Shown: positions 60,037 to 64,000 of the stretch, piece by piece
How positions within the stretch are numbered: the stretch's first letter is position 1
How the letters are laid out: every line of letters begins with the position of its first letter
NCBI GenBank assembly: GCA_963514005.1
Contig: OY740805.1
Span: 22,878,001 to 22,942,000 of the forward strand
From: Raja brachyura
Taxonomy: Eukaryota
Direction: 5' to 3'
DNA: 64,000 bases
The notes under the pieces: generated by a model
Database searches by the model: none
What the model was told of the DNA's origin: nothing
What the model saw: the letters and a program-made list of their open reading frames with translations, nothing else
Made by a program: the position numbers and the translations under genes

Positions 60037-60270
60037 CTTCAGAAATATCACACTGTCTTTATGATCCATCTGTTCCTGTAACTTTAATAGTTCCTCCTGA
60101 ATGGAATTGATATTCCCTTGAATCTCTTGAAGATTTTTCTCCATTGTATTCAGAATTAACTGCTCTTCTTCCCGGATATCTGCCAGTTCTCGCAGGTCTT
60201 TCTCACCGAGAATCTGGTGAATTTCAGCATACTGGGATGTGGTCTTGGACTGAATGTTGTGTGACTATTC
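60037..60270 (-). pseudogene. TRIM (RBCC-B30.2 type) coiled-coil exon with premature stop
   Basis: ttaacag|GAA acceptor, AAG|gtgagc donor, 234 bp phase 0-0; E*SHNIQSKTTSQYAEIHQILGEK..IREEEQLILNTMEKNLQEIQ..DSVIFLK. Confidence 0.75.
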
Positions 60271-60974
60271 CTGTTAAATGAAGGTGAAGATCATTATTTA
60301 ATGTAGTTGTACAGTAATTTCCTCGCGGCGTGGGAGGTGATGGTTAGCCAATCAACCGTGCGTCACGGAACACAAAAAAATATGCCTTTTGGCGGATCAT
60401 GCCCATGCTGGCCACTGTACTTATCTATACCAATCCAATTTCCCAGAATTTAGTCCGTATTTTTCATTGCCTCGGCAATTCAGGCGCGTTGAAATCTGAA
60501 AATAATTTACAACTTCTCCTTCCCTTTCTCCCAAGTCCAATTTCCTGCAGCCTATTCGATTTCACGTACCTATAAAAATCCCACCCTTTCGCCCACCACC
60601 TACATTCACTGGGATAATTTACAGCCGCCGATTCACCATCCAACAAGCGTACTGCAGGATGTGGACACAATCAGATGCGAGAGAACGAGCGACCGACCGA
60701 CATGGACAGCAACCGAGATCAGGATCGATTTGGGTCATTATGGATGAGCTGGGCTGAAGGACCTATTTCATATAAGGCCACAACAGCGCTACTTCCACTC
60801 ACAAAGTAGCAGTCAGCCAACGTCTTTATAGGATATTGGCCCTTCGGCCCAATTTATCCATGCCGACCATATTGTCTATCTACGCTAGTTCCCCCAGCCG
60901 GAATTTTGCCGTTATCCTTGTACACTTTCCAAATGTTTTCCATAAATATTCTTATCGTACCTAACTCAACTACC

Positions 60975-62985
60975 TGGAGGGGGACCGGCGTCCTGGCATG
61001 CAGATTTGCTGGGGCTACACGTATGGGTTTAAACTTAATAGTGTGGGGGAGGGATTGACAAATTGGGAGTATAAAGATGGAGGTGAAGGGAAAGTGAGTA
61101 CAGGAAAAGTTGCAAAAGACTCCCGAATTAATTGGAAGTAAGGTTCGGGAAGAGATAAGAGGGTAAGGTCAGTGTCAATTGCGAGCGGTGCGCGAGGGAA
61201 GGTTAATACCAAAGTCAAAGTGCTGCATATAAATGCGCGAATTATAAGAAATAAAATGGACGAGCTTGAGACGCAGTTAGAAATTGGCAAGTATGATGTC
61301 GTGGGTATTACTTAGACATGGCTGCAAGAGGGCCAGGGTTGGGAACTGAATATTCAAGGTTAAACCTTCTATCGAAAAGACAGGCAGGTGCGCAGAGGGG
61401 GGTGGGGTAGCTCTGTTGTTGAGGAATGAAATTCAATCCCTTGCAGGGGTGACATTGAACCAGGAGATGTGGAGTCAGTATGGATAGAACTAAGGAATTG
61501 TAAGGGTAAAAATACCCTAATGGGACTTATCTGCACCCCCACCCCCCCAAACAGTAGGCTGCATATAGGGTGCATGATGAATCATGAGTTACAATTGGCA
61601 TGTAGTAAAGGTAAATCTACGGTTGTTATGGGAGAATTTGAACATGCAGGTCGACTGGGAAATCCAGGTTGGTACTGCACCCGAAGAAAGGGAGTTTGTG
61701 GAGTTCCTCCGCGATGGATTCTTAGAGCACCTGGTATTGAAGCCTATCAGGGAGAAGGCAATTCTGGATTTAGTGTTATGTAGTTATCCGGATTTGATAA
61801 AGGACTTGAGGTTAAGGAGCCATTAGGAGGCGGTGACCATAACATGGTGAGGTATAATCTACAATTGGAGAGGGTGAAGGGTAGATTGGAGGTGTCAGTG
61901 TTTTAGTTGAATAAAGGGGAAGACGGAGCCATGAGGGAGCAGCTGGCCAAAGTTGACTGGAAAGATACCCAAGCAGGGATGACAGTGGTACAACAATGGC
62001 AAGTATTTCTGGGAATAATGTAGATGGTGCAAGATCAGAGGAAGAATGATTTCAAGGGCCGTAAGGGGCGACTGTTTAGTAGTGACCAGGGGATCTGCGG
62101 TGACGGAAAAACAAAAGGAAATCCACTTAAGGCAGGACATTGTGTTGGGTAGACTGATGGGACTGAAGGCTGATAAATCCCGGGCCCGATGGTCTGCATC
62201 CCAGGGTTCTTAAGGAAGTTGCTCTAGAAATCGTGGACTCATTGGTGATATTTGGTAGTTGAGTACAGGATCAAAGAGGTCCTTCTAAAGTTCTACATGG
62301 CCCTAGTGAGACGGCGCCTGGAGTATTCTGTGAAGTTTTGATCCCCTAATTTGAGGAAGGACAGTCTTGCTATTGAGCTTGCATCGCAGGTTTACAAGGT
62401 TAAATCCCGTGATGGGTGGACAGTCATATGCTGAGAGAATAGAGCGGCTGGGCTTGTATACTCTGGAATTTAGAAGGATGAGAGGAGATCTTATTGAAAC
62501 ATATAAGATTATTAAAGGTTTGGACACGGTAGAGGCAGGAAACATGTTCCCTATATTGGGGGAGTCCAGAAACAGGGGCCACTGTTTAAAAATAAGGGGA
62601 AAGCCATTTAGAACGGAGATGAGGAAACGCTTTTTAATACACAGTTGTGAGTCTGTGGAATTATTTGCCTGAGAGGGCGGTGGAGGCCGTTTTTTTGCAT
62701 ACTTTCAAGAGAGAGCTTGAAATTTGTGTTACAGCGTATTGTATATTGTACGTTATTTTTAAGTTTATCGCCGCTGGCAAATTAATTTCACTGCACCTTC
62801 GGGTGCATGTGACAAATAAAATTGGCTTTGATTTTGACTTTGAGATCGGGTTCTTAAAGATAGCGGTAATTGTGAGAAGGCAGGAAGACTGTACTTATTG
62901 GGGTGATCAGCCATGATCACATTGAATGGCGGTGTTGGCTCGAAGGGTCGATTGGCCTACTCCTGCGTCTATTGTCTATTGTCTA
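60975..62985 (+). mobile_element. Degraded, multiply deleted CR1 (ORF1 end, APE, RT pieces, 3' tail)
   Basis: NARIIRNKMDEL, ESVWIELRN, GLYTLEFRRMRGDLIETYK, tail ctattgtctattgtcta. Confidence 0.85.
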
Positions 62986-64000
62986 TAGCGCAGTATGATT
63001 TATACGGCACATCTGTAAAGGTTTTTAAATGTCTTTGGTGACGTGCAGAATTTCCTCAGTCTATTGAGGAAGTATAGACCTCTTGGCTGATCACTAACTG
63101 GCAGATGCATGGTCATATTTACGGCTAATAGCTGAACCTCTCAACCATTTTCACGTCAGCATCATTGATACTGATTAGTGCGTGCACTCTTTTCCGCTGA
63201 TAGATTCCATTGCGGAATTCTCAGTTAGTATCGGGTGAAAGTCGCGGTGGAAGAAACCATTCACCACTATCATACACTATGACACACCGTAACTGGTGGA
63301 CAAACGTTCTATTTTCTTCAGTAGGACAATGTCTAGGGGCTTATCAATGCTAACACAACTAAAGCCTCAGCATTACCATACATCTCCCACACAGAAACAC
63401 ACACGCACACAAACACGCCCAAGTGGTGACAGAAACAGAGAGAGCGATTTACTACTACATAATAATAATTGTGTCTAATACAGTCATTTTTCTCATTTCC
63501 ATATTTATTCTGGTCATGTGGACACAATGAAATAAAGATGCTGACTGCACGGAAGTATCAACGACGTGCTGGATTAACTCAGCCGGCCAGATAGCTTCCC
63601 TAGAAAACATGTATAGGCGAGTTTCGGGTCCGTATACATCTTGAGACGAAGAAAATCCCTCTGTACGTAATTGACCCTTGCCCGTAACTCTATTGTCTGC
63701 CCTCACATTCAAGGTCATAAATTGAATGAGCGCATGGAATTAGATCGGTCATTTATACAAAGGTTTGGTACAACTGCTGGATTGGAAGAAGTTACATACT
63801 TCAGCGTGTGATAACATGATTCTCAAAAGAGCTATCATTGGCTGTTACAGGCTGATTTAAGAACAACTTGTTCCTCGCAGTAATTAGATCCCGAACCAAT
63901 CATCATTCGCACGTCCCTTTCAAGGAGGTGTTGCTTAATACTCATAGTATTAGCTTTAGTTCACACGTTTTAATCCGTATTTACATTTTATTACTTCTGC

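Overview
Eukaryotic genomic DNA from a cartilaginous fish, probably a skate or ray (inferred from the repeat landscape and gene families), dominated by transposable elements. Host genes: (1) a nonclassical MHC class I gene on + with five coding exons that splice in frame: alpha1 6721-6981, alpha2 23519-23794, alpha3 24747-25013, TM 27165-27272 and a predicted cytoplasmic exon 32202-32242. The leader exon was not found. The predicted tail RKKRRDYQNIQPKLNAHC carries the same YQNI sorting motif as human CD1b, and several peptide-anchoring groove residues are replaced. (2) An intact two-exon GPR139-like class A GPCR on - (50084-50015 and 46396-45462, 334 aa). (3) An orphan TRIM coiled-coil exon with a stop codon (60270-60037). 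Mobile elements: an intact full-length CR1 LINE (1225-5714); a near full-length Tx1 LINE (~8636-15171); a Ty3/Gypsy element with both LTRs and TSD (39787-44367); a second full-length CR1 (53622-59275, -) whose 5' end is an 80-bp monomer array with a 480-bp higher-order period, inserted into an older LINE; PIF/Harbinger derivatives; a hAT MITE; a 71-bp TTAA-flanked micro-element; a 16-bp-phased CCGAA array; Penelope, RTE and Rex fragments; and many tRNA-derived SINEs. There is one assembly gap (46975-47160). All calls were made by eye without database searches, and boundaries of old repeats are approximate.
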